This document shows, piece by piece, positions 1 to 13,479 of a stretch of DNA of 64,000 nucleotides. How positions within the stretch are numbered: the stretch's first letter is position 1; each line of letters begins with the position of its first letter. The translations under genes and the position numbers were made by a program. Origin of the DNA: Camelus dromedarius (taxonomy: Eukaryota); NCBI RefSeq assembly GCF_036321535.1, contig NC_087436.1, positions 27,282,001-27,346,000 on the forward strand. The letters are read 5' to 3'. The notes beneath the pieces are model-generated. The model was not told the DNA's origin, made no database searches, and saw only the letters and a program-made list of their open reading frames with translations.

Positions 1-199
1 GACACAGCCTCAAATTGTAAGTGGCAGAGGAAGGATTTGATACCTGGCTTTATCTCTGACATAATAATTCTACTCCCCTTCTGCCTGTCTATACTTCCAT
101 GGAAAAAAAAATAATGCTACTGTTTTTTTAAAATTTAAATATAGACCTTTGGGTAATGCATTATTGTAGGCAATCTCAAGGAATTTTTTTTTCTTTAAC

Positions 200-420
200 A
201 AATTTTTTTTAATTGAAGTATAATTGATTCACGATATTAGTTTCAGGTATTCAGCATAGTGATACAGTATTTTTGCAGATTATGCTCCATTGTAAGTTAT
301 TAAAGGATAATGGCTATCATTCCCTGCATTATACAGTATATCCTGTTGCTTATTTATTTTATACATAGTAGTTTGTATCTGTTAATTCCATACCCCTACT
401 TTGTCCCTCCTCCCTTCTCT
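200..420 (-). mobile_element. L1 3' UTR fragment (cetartiodactyl-type)
   Basis: T-run followed by aattgaagtataattgatt...tttcaggtattcagcatagtgat...tggctatcattccctg, the reverse complement of an L1 3' terminus. Homologous to the copies at 23.6 kb, 25.2 kb and 37 kb. Confidence 0.85.
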
Positions 421-638
421 GTATTAGTAAGTCTGTGTAACATTTTGGACAATATTTACCACTAACAGTCTTCTAAATCTGTGCAATTAATAACTACAAA
501 AACAAGATACAAAATAATATCAAAACCACAGACCAACCCAAGTTCTTATCACTTTGGATCATTTCTCACATGGATGTTGTGGAAGTGGCTGTCCATGATC
601 TAGAAGGGGCACTGGTCCTTTCTGGGTTTAGGATGGCC

Positions 639-659
639 TGTGTGTGTGTGTGTGTGTGT
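639..659. repeat. (TG)n microsatellite
   Basis: Direct dinucleotide run. Confidence 0.95.
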
Positions 660-1329
660 ATCAGATAAGACATGCTCTGAGGCACAGGCAGTTTCTACAC
701 AAGAGTAAAGGAGGCATTGGAAGTGGCGTAACTTGTTTTCAGTTGGTTCCTATTACTTGGTTAAAATTTTTGTGATTCACATAGAGCTTATTCACAATTA
801 CCATTCTAGAATCACCACCCCAGAAAGTATAAAAAAGGAGTTCCATTTCTATTATGTTACAGATAATTTGCATTTAAAAATGCTCCACTAATGATGCTCT
901 TTTTATTACAGGATAAAGCACATTGTGCAATTTTAATTATAATATTTAGATATTTCCCCAAATAAAAAAGCATTAATTATATGATAATTTGAAATGAAGT
1001 AAGGAAAAAGAAGATAGATTTAGAAACAGTAGAAATTGCTGAATGATGCCACTCAAATTTCATTATTATATGCAGTGTGAAAACATTTCCCATTTTTTAA
1101 AACTTAACTTTCCATTATCTTTGCTAATATAATGGAACATTAAATTATTCTAAAAGTGAATAATGTATAAAACATAGTTTAATGGTATCAAATATTGTAA
1201 GCACTATTTATGAAAAGATGTAAGTTATTTATATTTTCAAAAAGTAGAAAATAACGTATCCTTCAAATATATAGTTAAAATAAAGTTAGTATATATTGGA
1301 TAGAATATTATATATATAATTAATAGTTT

Positions 1330-1490
1330 CAAACACTTATTTACTACTCTGTGCCAGTTACTATAAGCCTTTTTCTTAGATGTTAGTTGAAATCCTCACA
1401 AGAACCCTGAGAGGCAAGAATTATGCCCATTATACAGAGACAGTAACCAAGACTCTATGAGACCTGAATCTTTTTCCAAGTCACCCAGGG
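1330..1490 (-). mobile_element. MIR SINE, degraded
   Basis: aatcctcacaagaaccctgagaggc...cccattatacagagacagtaacc...ccaagtcaccca matches the MIR core in reverse. Confidence 0.65.
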
Positions 1491-2337
1491 TTTAAAAGAT
1501 TATATATGTGACTCTAAAACCTTTAAAAATACATATGCATTTAAAACATGTCTAGGAAAATGGAAGCCAATCACAATAAAATATATACTATAAATTATAT
1601 AAAAGGATATATTTTATATATATAGTAGGTATGTATACATTATAGTTAGGAGAACAGCAGCTTGTGTTGTAGATTTAAAAGCAACTTTTCTCTGATCCCT
1701 ATTTCATCCCATGCTAATTATTTCATAATATAATGGGCTTATGGATGATTTTTCTTATCCTTTTGTACACCCTTAGAGTATTTTTTAAAACTCTGTGATG
1801 AGCATGTATTACTATATATAATCACTAAAATAAGCATGCTGTAAATGAGATCACATGCATCATGATTTAATTGTCTCTATAATTCATCATAATTGTCAGG
1901 CTTGGATTTGTTATTTATTTTAGAATCACTTTTTAGCCTCTGAATTAAAAAAAAATTCCTTAAGTGTAGCATTGCTCTGAATACAATTAAGTGAGGGCTG
2001 GTTAGAAAATAATGAGAACATGGGGGACTAAAGAGCTGAATTTCAGTAAACTATTTTCATTGACTTTCAGACTGTAACTATGGCATTGGCTAACTATGCC
2101 ATGAAATTCGATTGCAAATCTACCTGGAGGAGGAGACCCTGATGCCTCAGTCCTCAAAGAACTAAAAAGCCTGCTTAAAGCTTTAACCTAATCTGTGAGT
2201 TAGTAATATCATATCAATTTGTAAAAGACAGGAGGTACTATATTTTAGTTACATTTCAGATTTCATTATGCGAGTATTTTCATACTTTTTTTCTGAAAGA
2301 AAATCTTTGGATTTTCAAGAGATACCACTCTTTACTA

Positions 2338-2347
2338 CATTATCATT

Positions 2348-2446
<99 letters not shown>
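2338..2446. repeat. Compound (ATC)n(ATT)n trinucleotide microsatellite
   Basis: About 10 ATC units followed by more than 20 perfect ATT units. Confidence 0.98.
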
Positions 2447-4447
2447 TACTGTAGATGAATTCCAGTGAAGTATAAAAGAGAAGGTACCCAGAATTCTCAG
2501 TGGAGAATCTTTAAGCCAAGAGCAGGAAAGAACCTCTGCCAGTTTCACAATATTATTTCACATCAGTTTCAGCTCATGGTAGGTAAAATTCAAACATAGT
2601 AGCATGAAGAAGTTGTTGGTAAATATCTTGAGTTTTGCCTTATGTTTAGTAGATATGTTATTCCAGACTGTCATCCCTTCCTTAGGAATCTGCCTTTGCC
2701 TTACTCTTGTCCCAAACACAGTAGAAGCAGCCAAGTAAAGCTGAAGCTATTATACCATATGTATCATAATTTGAGTCTTACGTGAAGAGGCAGAGGGTAC
2801 TCAAAGGAGTTAGGACTTAACAATCAAATGAAAGTCTTCTTCTACTTAAGGTTCCCAAGAGATACCCTGACTCTTGTTTTTCCCAAAGATTGTTTATTTT
2901 ACTCTTCTGTTGATTCTGAACTAAATATGCCATCCTTTTTCATACTACATTAGTCAAAGTTTGCTTCTATTGCTTACAAACACATTATCTGAACTAAATC
3001 ATATTTCACTATACAAACACAAATACACTGGACAGGGTTTTCTTCTGGGATACATGAAAACTGGAAGTATTAAAAAGCACTGTTTAAAATCACAATATAT
3101 TGTATACATTGTAACAATCATGTTGCCATGTGATATGGTAGAGATTGAATTGGATATCTAGTGGAAAGTCTGTCAGAATCTATCAGAAAAATCTATCAGA
3201 ATACAGGTCACAAGCAACTGTCCAAGAGAAAAGAGTGCTACAGACTGATATTTAAACTCTATAAAATTTGTCTATTATGTTGTAATTATTGGCCAATTAT
3301 TATAATTACTGGTTTCTATAAATTCTTTATTTTTAGAAAATGGCAATTACATTATTAAACTTCTGAATACAATAAAATCTAGACAAAATATAGAACAAGT
3401 CTTTGAAAACATGGGTCTTTCAGCAATTCACAGGCTCTTCCTCTGCTTTTAGTTTTTCTCTGAGAAACTCCCTTTGACTATTGGCTTTTAAGAACTACTT
3501 GTCTTGACTAAATACATGGGGGTACCAGATATTTCAACATAAATCTCTTATAATAATATTTAGGATATTAATTACGTTTTTAGCCTTCCACAAGCAAATG
3601 AGTCTTTAACACTTATAAAAGAGGCCAAGATTTTACTGTTGTGACATTTTCAAATCGTTTGGATTTCATCTGTGATGATAAAACACTTTTTAAATAAAAA
3701 ACTATTTTCATTTACCTTATTCAGTTTAGAATTCTAGCTTAAAAAGAGATTTTTCCTGGATTATTCTACTTGATAGAAATGGAATACTCATAATTAGTCT
3801 GTGTCAAATAAACACAAATCCTTACTAAATTCATGATTTACCTAAGTTTGATTTTGTGACATTTATAAAAATAGCATTCAGTACTTATAGAAGATGACAA
3901 AAAGTTATTCTCACTTGTCTCTTTTAGTAAATGGCTGAAAATGAGTACAGGCATTTTTGTCAACAATATTGTATGTATACTACAATGTGTTGCTAAACTG
4001 CAGGCTAATTAAATAATAAATCTTAATGATCTAAGCACAAAGATGTAATAAAATATGATGATAACATTACTAATTCACAATTCCTGTCTATGAAATCATT
4101 TCCTATTAATGGGGTTTTCCACGTAAGCATAAAAATTCATGGCTTTCTGGATATTTGCTAATTTTATTTTTTTTCTTAAAAATGCTCTTCATAAAACATC
4201 TCAGTTAAAATTATATATATTTTAAAATATTGTAAATAAATACCAATTATAAAAATTAAGCCTTTATATTTTTAACTTTTGAGTAGTATTAAGAACAACA
4301 TGGAAATATTTTATCAAGATAATTTTAAAATAATTAAGAAAACTTAAGTATTAAAACTGTCTTTCAAGGAAGATGATGTCAAGAAAGTATATTTGTAGAG
4401 CTAGGCTGTGTCTTTTTACTTTTCAAAACAAGTAGTTATAAACAGTT

Positions 4448-4463
4448 TGTGTGTGTCCGTGTC

Positions 4464-4499
<36 letters not shown>
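4448..4499. repeat. Interrupted (TG)n microsatellite
   Basis: Direct dinucleotide run with gtcc and gtat interruptions. Confidence 0.9.
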
Positions 4500-4500
<1 letters not shown>

Positions 4501-4729
4501 TGGGAGGGTAGTTAAATAGTATATAAAAGAAAGTGTATGGGCCTATAATGAAATAAATATTATTTATTTATTTCAATATGCATTCTATGCCTTATAGGAG
4601 CATAAGACTAATATATCACTGAATATACTATTTAACAAAAATTATCTCCGATATGAACAAAATAATCAGTCCTTGATTCATGATGTGTTATTATCATTGG
4701 TTTGTGCATAGCCAGGTTTCATCTTACCT

Positions 4730-5820
4730 TTTATACCTGATTAATTAATGAATTTATTCATTTTAATAATATAATGAATACCTCTGAACCCAAGATTCAA
4801 CCAAGGCCTGCAATATTAACAATAGCTTATGGTAAGCTTCCCCCATCTTTCACCTATCTACAGGATTTAACTTCTGTCTTGAATTCTCTGTTATTCATTT
4901 CCTTGATTTATGTGTTATATTTGAGTATCTATCCACTCATCTATCTATTATCTAATTAAACCTTATTTAGTCTGGCTAGCTACTGGATATTTTTCAAATA
5001 ATTTCATATTATATGTAATCATTTGTGATTTTTTTATATTAAACATAATGTTACAAAGGTCCATCTATCTATATATATGAATATATGTATATATATATTT
5101 ATTTATTTTATTGTAGTAAGAGTACTTAACATGAGAGATACTCTGCTAAGAAACTTTTAAGTGTACAACACATTCTTGTTGACTGTAGGTACAGTGTTGT
5201 ACAGCAGATCTCTAGAACTTATTTGTCTTGCTTAACCCATCCATATGTTTTACATGGTGTCAGCTTATACATATTATTACAATACATAGTTTTCTGTATG
5301 AATATGCTCCCTTGTATTTGCTCATTCTCCTGTCAATGATACTTTGGTTTCTATTCTTTCAATTATAAATTGCGTCTTAAAAGTTTATTCATGTAATTTG
5401 TAAAGCATGCATGCACAATTATGTCTATAAGTAGAAAGTCATGCAGCAGGAAATATTTCAAAGGTACAATGACAATGACACACTGTTTTAAAAAATGGTT
5501 GTAGAAAGAGATCTCATTGATTCACATTCTTTCCAATATTGAGTATTTTCAGATTACTGAATTTCTACTAATTGAATGTGTAGAATATTTTATTGTTGTA
5601 GACCCATTCAATTTTTATTTTCCTGATTTTGAAAATATGAAGGTAGAATACTTATTCTTGGTGCTTTTCTTTTCTCTTCTTTGTGATGACAGTTCATGTT
5701 TTTGCCCATTGTTCTATTAGCCAACTATTTTGTAGGAGTCCTTCCAATATTCTTGACACAAATTCTTGTCAATTGTATGTTTGAAAAATGTACATGGGTA
5801 GTTTCACACTTTGATGTGAC
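4730..5820 (-). mobile_element. Ancient L1M(E)-type 3' region, interrupted by a younger L1 tail
   Basis: Degraded reverse-strand L1 motifs (cattctcctgtcaatgatactttgg; tttgcccattgttctatt; tgtaggagtccttccaatattcttgacac). Confidence 0.6.
5071..5236 (-). mobile_element. L1MA9/L1MB-like 3' terminus with (TA)n/T-rich tail
   Basis: ttattgtagtaagagtacttaacatgaga...aagtgtacaacac...gttgtacagcagatctctagaacttatt. Possible degraded TSD ccatctat (5061) / ccatccat (5237). Confidence 0.8.
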
Positions 5821-5854
5821 ATTATTTCATAAATAAACCACACCCGCATTAACC

Positions 5855-6030
5855 GTGAAAAAAATAGACAAATTGAACTGCATGAAGAATAATTCTGTTT
5901 ACTGAGACATTTAAAAAAAAAAAGGAAAATGTAAGAGTGAAAATATAAGCTACAAACTGGGAGATAATCTTTTCCACATAAATAATTAACAAAGCATGTC
6001 TATTAAGACTATTAGAAAGACTCCTTGGAC
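5855..6030 (+). mobile_element. Old L1 ORF2 3' fragment
   Basis: aaaatagacaaattgaactgcat...caaactgggagataatcttttccaca corresponds to the KIDK.D.IK...WEKIF region of ORF2. Confidence 0.65.
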
Positions 6031-6049
6031 TATCTTCAGAGGGTGTGGG

Positions 6050-6720
6050 AAAGTTAAATCTAAATGCCTGGAAGGAAAACAGAAAAAATGTGACACATTG
6101 AAATTCTTCACCCCAGGTTGAATTCATGGTATATTTATCGGGTAAAATGCTCAAAGTTTTATTATCGTATATGGGAAATAAAAACAAAGAAAAGAGTCAA
6201 GGTTGATGCTAATTGATGAAATTCACCAGTAATGCAGATAAAAGGAAGAGAAGATGGTTTTGGAGGGAAGATAATGAGTTCAGTTTTAGACACACTGATT
6301 TTTCCATACTCTAGGGCTCCAGGGGACCGTGCTGGATCACATTTGGATAAGACTGTAGTTATTACTGATAGATGGGCTGGTGTACAGGTGTAACTAAACT
6401 TACGGTAGTTGTAGAGATTTCCTAGGGTAACTATAGTTAATGTTTATGATGAGAACAGAAAAACAGACAAATGTGGGAATGAACACTGAGGAGCACAAAC
6501 ATTTCTCAGCAAAATAAATTTAGTAGAACTCATGAGAACATTTGGAGGGAAAGCAGGAGAGAGTTGTAGTGTCAGAAAACTCAAAGGGAGAATAGTTCAT
6601 AAGCTAATAATCAGCTGTATCAGCAGTGTACAAAACTAGGTGTTTCCACTAGTTTAGCCATAGGTAGGGAGTTTTTACCCTTGATAAAATCATCTACAAT
6701 TTCAGTTGGTTAAGGATATG
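6050..6720 (-). mobile_element. L2 LINE fragment
   Basis: ggagggaagataatgagttcagttttagacacactga and related purine-rich L2 antisense motifs. Confidence 0.65.
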
Positions 6721-7239
6721 CTCAGAGGTAAAGGGAGCATAATCTTTTCACCTTTTTAAGTCTTTAAATAAATAAATATGCTTAAAAGATTAAGTATTTT
6801 ATCAGAGAAATGTGAAAAACTATGATTCTCCTACTTCCCGTTTTGAACTTTTCTTGAATTCATCAATTCTGATTCTGTACAGGTATTTAAATATGGGTAA
6901 GCATGATGATGGTGATTTCAAAAGCACATAACTTTAATAATACATTATATTCATATATAAATAATGCACTGTAAATATCTTAGCTGAATCATTTTCTCTG
7001 CTTGCTTAGAACTCTTTATGTAGTTAGGTAGCAAACAGAAAGAATAGACAATCTATTATTTAACAAATTGTGAAATCTTAGCATTTTGAAATTCTCATTC
7101 AAATTCATCGGAATAAATAACAGCTATTTATAGTTTCAAACAGGAATGTAATAACTTCATAGGTTTAGCTGAATGTTTGTTTGGATTATACAGCAGCCCT
7201 ATTTTATTACTTGAGAATGAGTATAGAATAATGATAATG

Positions 7240-10020
7240 GAATTTATTTATTCATTTAACAAATATTTACTAAGCACCCACTTGTGTTCTGGACACAATT
7301 ACAGTTCCAGGGATAAAACTGTGAAGAGAGAAAAAAGATCCTTCATGGAATTTATAATCCAATGTTGGATATAGATGAGAAAAAAGTACACACAGTCACG
7401 TACACATAGACATATTCACACTCACATCCACACATGTATATGTGCACACAGACTTGCATGTACACATGCAATGATGCATGCTGTAAAGAAAAATAAAGTA
7501 AAACAAAGGAATCATGAATGATGGGAGTTGGTGGTGAGACAGAGATTGCCTTTGTGAAGACATGGCATTTGAGTAGAATACTGAGGGAGTGAACCAGTGA
7601 AGATCTTGGAGAAGAAAGTTTGAGTGATTGGGAACAGAACTTCAAAAGTCTCAAGGCAGGAACCAGCTTTACCTGTCTGAGAACTGCCAAGAAAATCAGC
7701 ACATTGAGCAAAAGGCAGGACCCAAAGGAGATGATATTCACCATGGTAGGAAATCATGGAAATCATAGAAGGATTGTAATGGAAGCAATTATGCTTTTAG
7801 TGGGGAGTACTTTATAGAATATATAATGTGAGGGATAAATTTAGAAAAGGTGATTATTTGAGAGGCTTCTGCAGACCTCCAGGCAAAAGTGATAATGGCT
7901 GAAAATAGTGTGGCTGTGACTATGGTGGAAGTAACAAAAAGTGGTAGGGTTTAGGAAATATTTTGAACTTAGAATGAATAGGAATTTCTGCTAGACTAGA
8001 TGTGGGTGGGTGAATGACTCCTAGATGTTTGGATAAAGATGATGCTATTTACAATTATGGGGTAGTTTGGATAATAAATCCAAAGGATTTTTTATGAAGA
8101 ATATCAAGTTAAATTTTAGATATTATATTCATTAAAGTATTCTAAGCTACATTTCAGTGATTGACACCCAAATCTTAATAGTTGGTCACCCAGTGGTTAA
8201 TTTCTTTCACAGGTATTAGGTGATTGGTACAGGGCTTTGCCTCCACAGGCTGAAGCAGACACCAGCTTTTACAGTCACAGCATCTTGACAAGACCTTCCT
8301 GTTGTCTAAAGCAGAAGAAATAATTACGTGGAGATTTCACTCTCAGGCTCCTGTGTTTAGGCTCAAAAGTCACACACATTTCTTCTCTCAGACCGTTGGC
8401 TACAAGTACTCACATAGGTTTGCCAAAATGCAAGGGGGCTTGGAGTCTTCTGTGTGCTGAGGAGAAGCATACTGGGGGTTCACTACTAACATTTACTACA
8501 GATGCCTACTGAGTATACAAATGGAACTGTATAGTAGATAATTAGAAGCAGAAATTTGGAGCAGGGGTGTGGTTAGGGCTAAAGATCGAAAAGTGAAATA
8601 TATGAATATATAAATAGTACTTAAAGATATGGTATTAGATGACTATCCAGGTAGCAAATGTAGATAGAAAGAAGGAACAAAGACTCATTTCCAGGTACTT
8701 TCTCCTTTAAAGCTGAGAAAAGAAAAGTTAAGCTGCAAATTGCATGGTAAACCAGCTGATGAGGAGCTGGTGAGACAGCTAGAAGTCTGTGATATTCCAG
8801 AAACTGAGTGAATAAAGGATTTCAAAGAGGAGAACATAGTTCATAGTAATAAGCTCTGCCTGCATTCAGAAATTGAACGTGTAGTATGACAAGATGAAGA
8901 TCGTTAAGGGCAGTGAAAAAGGGCCATTTAGTAGAGGGACTGAGAAGGAAGCCTGACACAGTGGGCTCAGGGTAAATGACAGGTAAAGAAGTGAAAGAGC
9001 TAATAGAGTCAAAGGAATCAGCATGTAAAGTAATAAAAATCACCTAGAGTCTACCGTAAACACTCGAAAAAGTTAGGTATTTTTATTAGTAATCGTGCTA
9101 TTCAAGTGTGCCATTTTGAAGGTTAGGGAGAAACAGGGCAGTTGCTAAAAAGGGATCTGAAGTATAGGATATTTTATCATTGTTTTTTATGGGAAAATTT
9201 TAAGTGTATTTGTATCCTGATAGAAACGGTCAATAAAGAATAAAAATTGGATTATTTAGGATAGAGATGAGATAACTGCAGGAAAAAAATAAATTTGAAT
9301 AAGTGAGAGAAGATAATATTATCTAGTACACAATTGGAGAGATTAGTTTTAGGAAGAAAGAGAAAATGAGAGAATGCAAAAACATATTGATAAAGTTATA
9401 AGTGGGTTATAAAATATTGTATTTTAGATTATATTTATGTTTAAGTGAACGTTTTTAAAGGCATATGAACAAATTAAAAATGTAGGAAATTGGTGATAGC
9501 AGGTCTAAGAGAGAAGGAAACATATGGAACAGTCACCTCAAAGAATGGGAGAGTAATTAACAAGGAAACCTAGGCAATACAGATGGCCGACCTTCATATT
9601 GTGATTTTTAGTTTAAATTAATATTTCTTATTCCACCCACATTTAACCATACTAGGCTAAAAGTAGAACAGGAAGAAAATCGAATCTAAGCAGCGTTCAA
9701 ATTGACTAAGAACAGAGTGAAAGAGAGAAGGAAAAAGGAGTCAAGAATGCTTCAAGTGAGCAATCACAGAGGTGGACGATGGTGTCTTGGATGCGTATAG
9801 AGAAGTGAGTTATAGGGAGACATGGGAAAAAGAAAAATGGTAGTGTCAGTGGATTTATATCCATTAGTAGTGATCATGTCTAGAGTATAAAATATACAGT
9901 TTTATTGAGGAAGCACAGAAGAAAAGGCACTTGGAATTTAAGAGTTCAGGAAACTGGGAGGCACAAAGGGATGGAATGTGGAAGTCACTGTCATTGTTGA
10001 AGAGGTTGTTACAAATTTTG
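7240..10020 (-). mobile_element. Long fragmented L2 LINE, 3' end at left, interrupted by an LTR and a CA-rich patch
   Basis: Begins with attcatttaacaaatatttactaagcacc (reverse complement of the L2 3' tail) and continues with typical L2 antisense motifs (ggcaggaaccagctt; ggaatttctgctagactagatgtggg; ggagaaacagggcagttgct). Confidence 0.7.
8170..8500. mobile_element. Old MaLR LTR (MLT1J/K-like)
   Basis: gctttgcctccaca...caaaagtcacacacatttcttct...ttggctacaagtactcacatagg...caagggggcttgg, nested in L2. Confidence 0.5.
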
Positions 10021-10029
10021 ATCCATAGT

Positions 10030-10312
10030 TGCTGTCCTCTGAGTTTATGTTTCCCCAAAATTCACACATTGAAATTCTAAGTCCCAATAGAGAAGATATT
10101 AGTAGGTGGGGCCTTTGGGAAACAGTTCTGCCCTGAGGGTAGAGCCTTTATGAATGGAATTAGTGCTTTAATCCCACTATGAAAAAGACCCCACAGAGCT
10201 CCCTAGCTCCTTTCTCAGCAAGAGGATACAATGAGAAGCCTGCAACCCAGAAGAGAGCCCTGATCTGGGCCATGCTAACACCAAGATCTTGAACTTCCTG
10301 CCTCTGGGACTA
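10030..10312 (+). mobile_element. MaLR LTR, MLT1A-like
   Basis: tttatgtttccccaaaattcacacattgaaattcta...ggtggggcctttggga...atgaatggaattagtgc...gaccccacagagctccct...ccatgctaacaccaagatcttgaacttcc. Confidence 0.85.
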
Positions 10313-13300
10313 CAATGGGAGAGATGGAGAGAGAGAGAGAGACAAAAGAACAAGAGGGCAAATATGCAACTAATGATAAATGCCCTGGGGATTGGTAGAT
10401 AGCAAAGGAGTGTGGGTGAATTACATAGTCCGAAGGCTTGTCATTCAGTGGAACTGTTGTTTGTTTGTTTGTTTGTTTTTTGATGGAGGAGGAAGGAAAA
10501 CACAGAACCAGCTATTATGAGGAATGAGGATGTCTCCCTCCATCCCAGGTCTTGTGTTAATTTATCTATAGGGAAATTAGAAGAGTTAATTCCGAAGGGA
10601 ACTCACAGGAAGCCACATATTCAGGAAGGCGCCAGCTTCGTCAGGAATGAGGAGGAAAGGAAACATTATGAGAAGTAAAAGATGATTTTGTTAATGAGAA
10701 ACTGTAAATTATAAAATGCAGGCATGAACTATTTGGGGGTGACAACTTGAACTGGAAACTGACATAAGGAGAGTTGTATGATAATGAGATTATTGATCAT
10801 CCCCCATCACCTGAAAGATTTGGACTGCCAATTTTGAATGAAGGCAATGGAGTGGGAATGAAGAAGGAATTACAATTTAGAGCCTCTCTCGAGACTGTTG
10901 GTAAAAATTCTGAGCATGTCTTCTTCTTAAGCATGCGAAGCCTGAGTAGTGAGAAGGTGGCTGAAGTCAGGGTCTACTGGAGAGGTATTCAGAGGCTTTC
11001 TTGGACCTTGCTGTGGAAACAAAGCTCATAAAATCCTGTCAAGCCTCTGTCTCCCTTCCAGGGTTGGGGAAAATTTCCCGAATTTTAAATCCAGTTGCTT
11101 CCACCTCCTACCTTTAAGTTCTTTTTTGGGTACTGTCTTGCATAGTCTTCCCTCAATTGCACCTTTACACTGGCTTCCTAACATGATTATGAAGAAAGAA
11201 AATTAATTCTATTAGCCAATCAATTTTTATTTCTTTCCAGATCACCCTGTTGCATTTCACCTGTTTGTCTCCTTTGTATCTCCTTTGTCCATGCAGTAAC
11301 TAGTTTATAACTGCTTTTTAATAAACATTTATTGAATGCTTGAGTGCTTCTTTTACCTCATCATCTAATACTTGTACAGTAACCCAGAATATCTAAGTTG
11401 TGAACATGAATAATAAAATGGGCTACATGTTAGCCAAGGAAATTAAAATATGTGATGTGGAAATTCATTGTCAAGGCAGAAAAATCATTGTATGTCAAAA
11501 AATACAGATTTTTTTCTCACGTAAGTAAATAGTAATGGCAGGTTGGAGGTGGCAGCTTTATGCTCCTTTGGGTATACACACAAGTTCTCTAAAGAATTTG
11601 GAATTGTCTTAAGAGATATCTTCAAGGTTCATTTTCTTCCCCAATGTGCAAGACTTATGCAGTATTTTGGTAATAAAAGACATTTTATAATTGAATGTGT
11701 TTTAATGAGGCTTTAATTGCATTTTAGAAAATAATAAAGAACAGCCCCCATAGATGCTAATAATGCTTAGTTGTGTTTTTTCCAAGGGCTCAGAAGATTT
11801 CAATCTTGTTTTAATAAGTAATCCATTTTCTACTCATGCATCATATAAATTAGATTTAAATAGATAAGGTGCATATTTTTCATCTGCACCATTTGAGACT
11901 TGCAGCTGTGCTATTGAACTGACATTATATATTATGGAAATAGAGTCTGAATTTTAAAATATCACACAAATATTTTAATTGACAAAAATATTTTTCATAT
12001 GCACACTCACACACACACTCAACTTAGAATGGTAATTTGAAGTGTCTTTTTCTACACGAAATCTACACGTATGCATATTCTTTCCAAAAATTAATTGGCA
12101 GTTTATAAAATGTGAGCTGAGGGATTGAAGCATAGAAATGTAGGGACAAAAATCTTAGTTGTTACTGTATTAAGTATATATTTAGCCAGTAGGCTTTGTC
12201 ACAGCTGTGCCAATTGGTACAATACTGAAATATTTTAGTAGAGGAGAGAAATGGTCACTGGTTGAGTCCTCAAATCCCCCTCCCAAAGAGGCCCCATCCA
12301 CCCCCAGTGCTACCAGAGAATGCCCCAGCTTTCAAACAGCCCTGCCTGGTTCATTCACTCCATTCACATACTTTAGAGTTAGGCTAGTTTTGATTCTGTT
12401 TGGTCAGTGCTCATTAAAGCTTTTGAATATCATCATTGATTTTATAGGAGATATGAAAGAAAAGCAAAATTATATTTAATGGGGTCCCATTATCACCACG
12501 GTTTTCATACAGATTCTAGTAGCATTAAAGTTTCTCCGTTAGGTCCAGAAGAGACTCTTCAGTAACTTGATGTTACTGACTCCCCTGCTTTGTACTATGT
12601 ATTGTGTCTAATATGCCTTTCTAATGAGTACAACATCACAAGAGTTTATAGATGCAAGAAGTCAGGAAATTCTATGATCCAGGTAATGGAATGAAGACCT
12701 TTTCTTTTTCTTCTCAAAGTTCGTGAGACTAAGCTGCCAAGGGCAAGATCAAATTGGAGCATAGAAAGAAACCTAAAGAGAATGTCTGATGGTGCAGTTA
12801 TCAAACAAATGGGAGAGAATCTAGCACTCCCAAGTGGGTCTCCTCAAACCTGTGTTTAGAACAGCAGGTTTGGGTGCATAGGGTGGGAGGAAAAGTTGCT
12901 TTGACCCTGTTTTGTATCATAGTGAAGATGGAGATGGGGCAGAAATACACATTCTTGTCACTTTGTAGGTGTTGTAAACATTTTATTATTCCATTGCTTG
13001 ATCTTCCCACTGTTAACTGAAAGAAATTGAAACAGTTGGCTCTATAGGACATTGTCTTTTAGAACTAGAAGAGCTTACTTTAAAATTTGTAATATGTTTA
13101 TAAGAAAAAAACATTTAAGAAGAGGCAAGATATTTATGAAAAAGGAAGGGTAATTAATGTATTAAGAATGATTTGCCCTACCAGTTATTAGAACATGAAA
13201 ATTAATCATAATGATATCTGCTATCTTGTGCAGCAGGTTAAGTGACAAACTCTTTGATATTTTATGGTGCCACTTCTTAAGGATTATCTCTGTTTGAATG

Positions 13301-13479
13301 GAGGTCAAGATATGACCTGCTTTAGGCTGATGTAATAACTCTAGGTCCAGTCAGTGACACTCCCAGGAAAAAGAAGAGGAATGCTGCTTCTCTGAGTAGA
13401 TGTTGAATGGTTTTTGTGTGGAGTTACTTTTACCAAAAAAGAGACTGAGGTATCAACTCACAATTTTTTTATATTATTG

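Noticed and set aside
2268..2548. Poly-Ser/Leu and poly-Asn/Asp ORFs
   Set aside because: Translation artefacts of the (ATC)n(ATT)n microsatellite.
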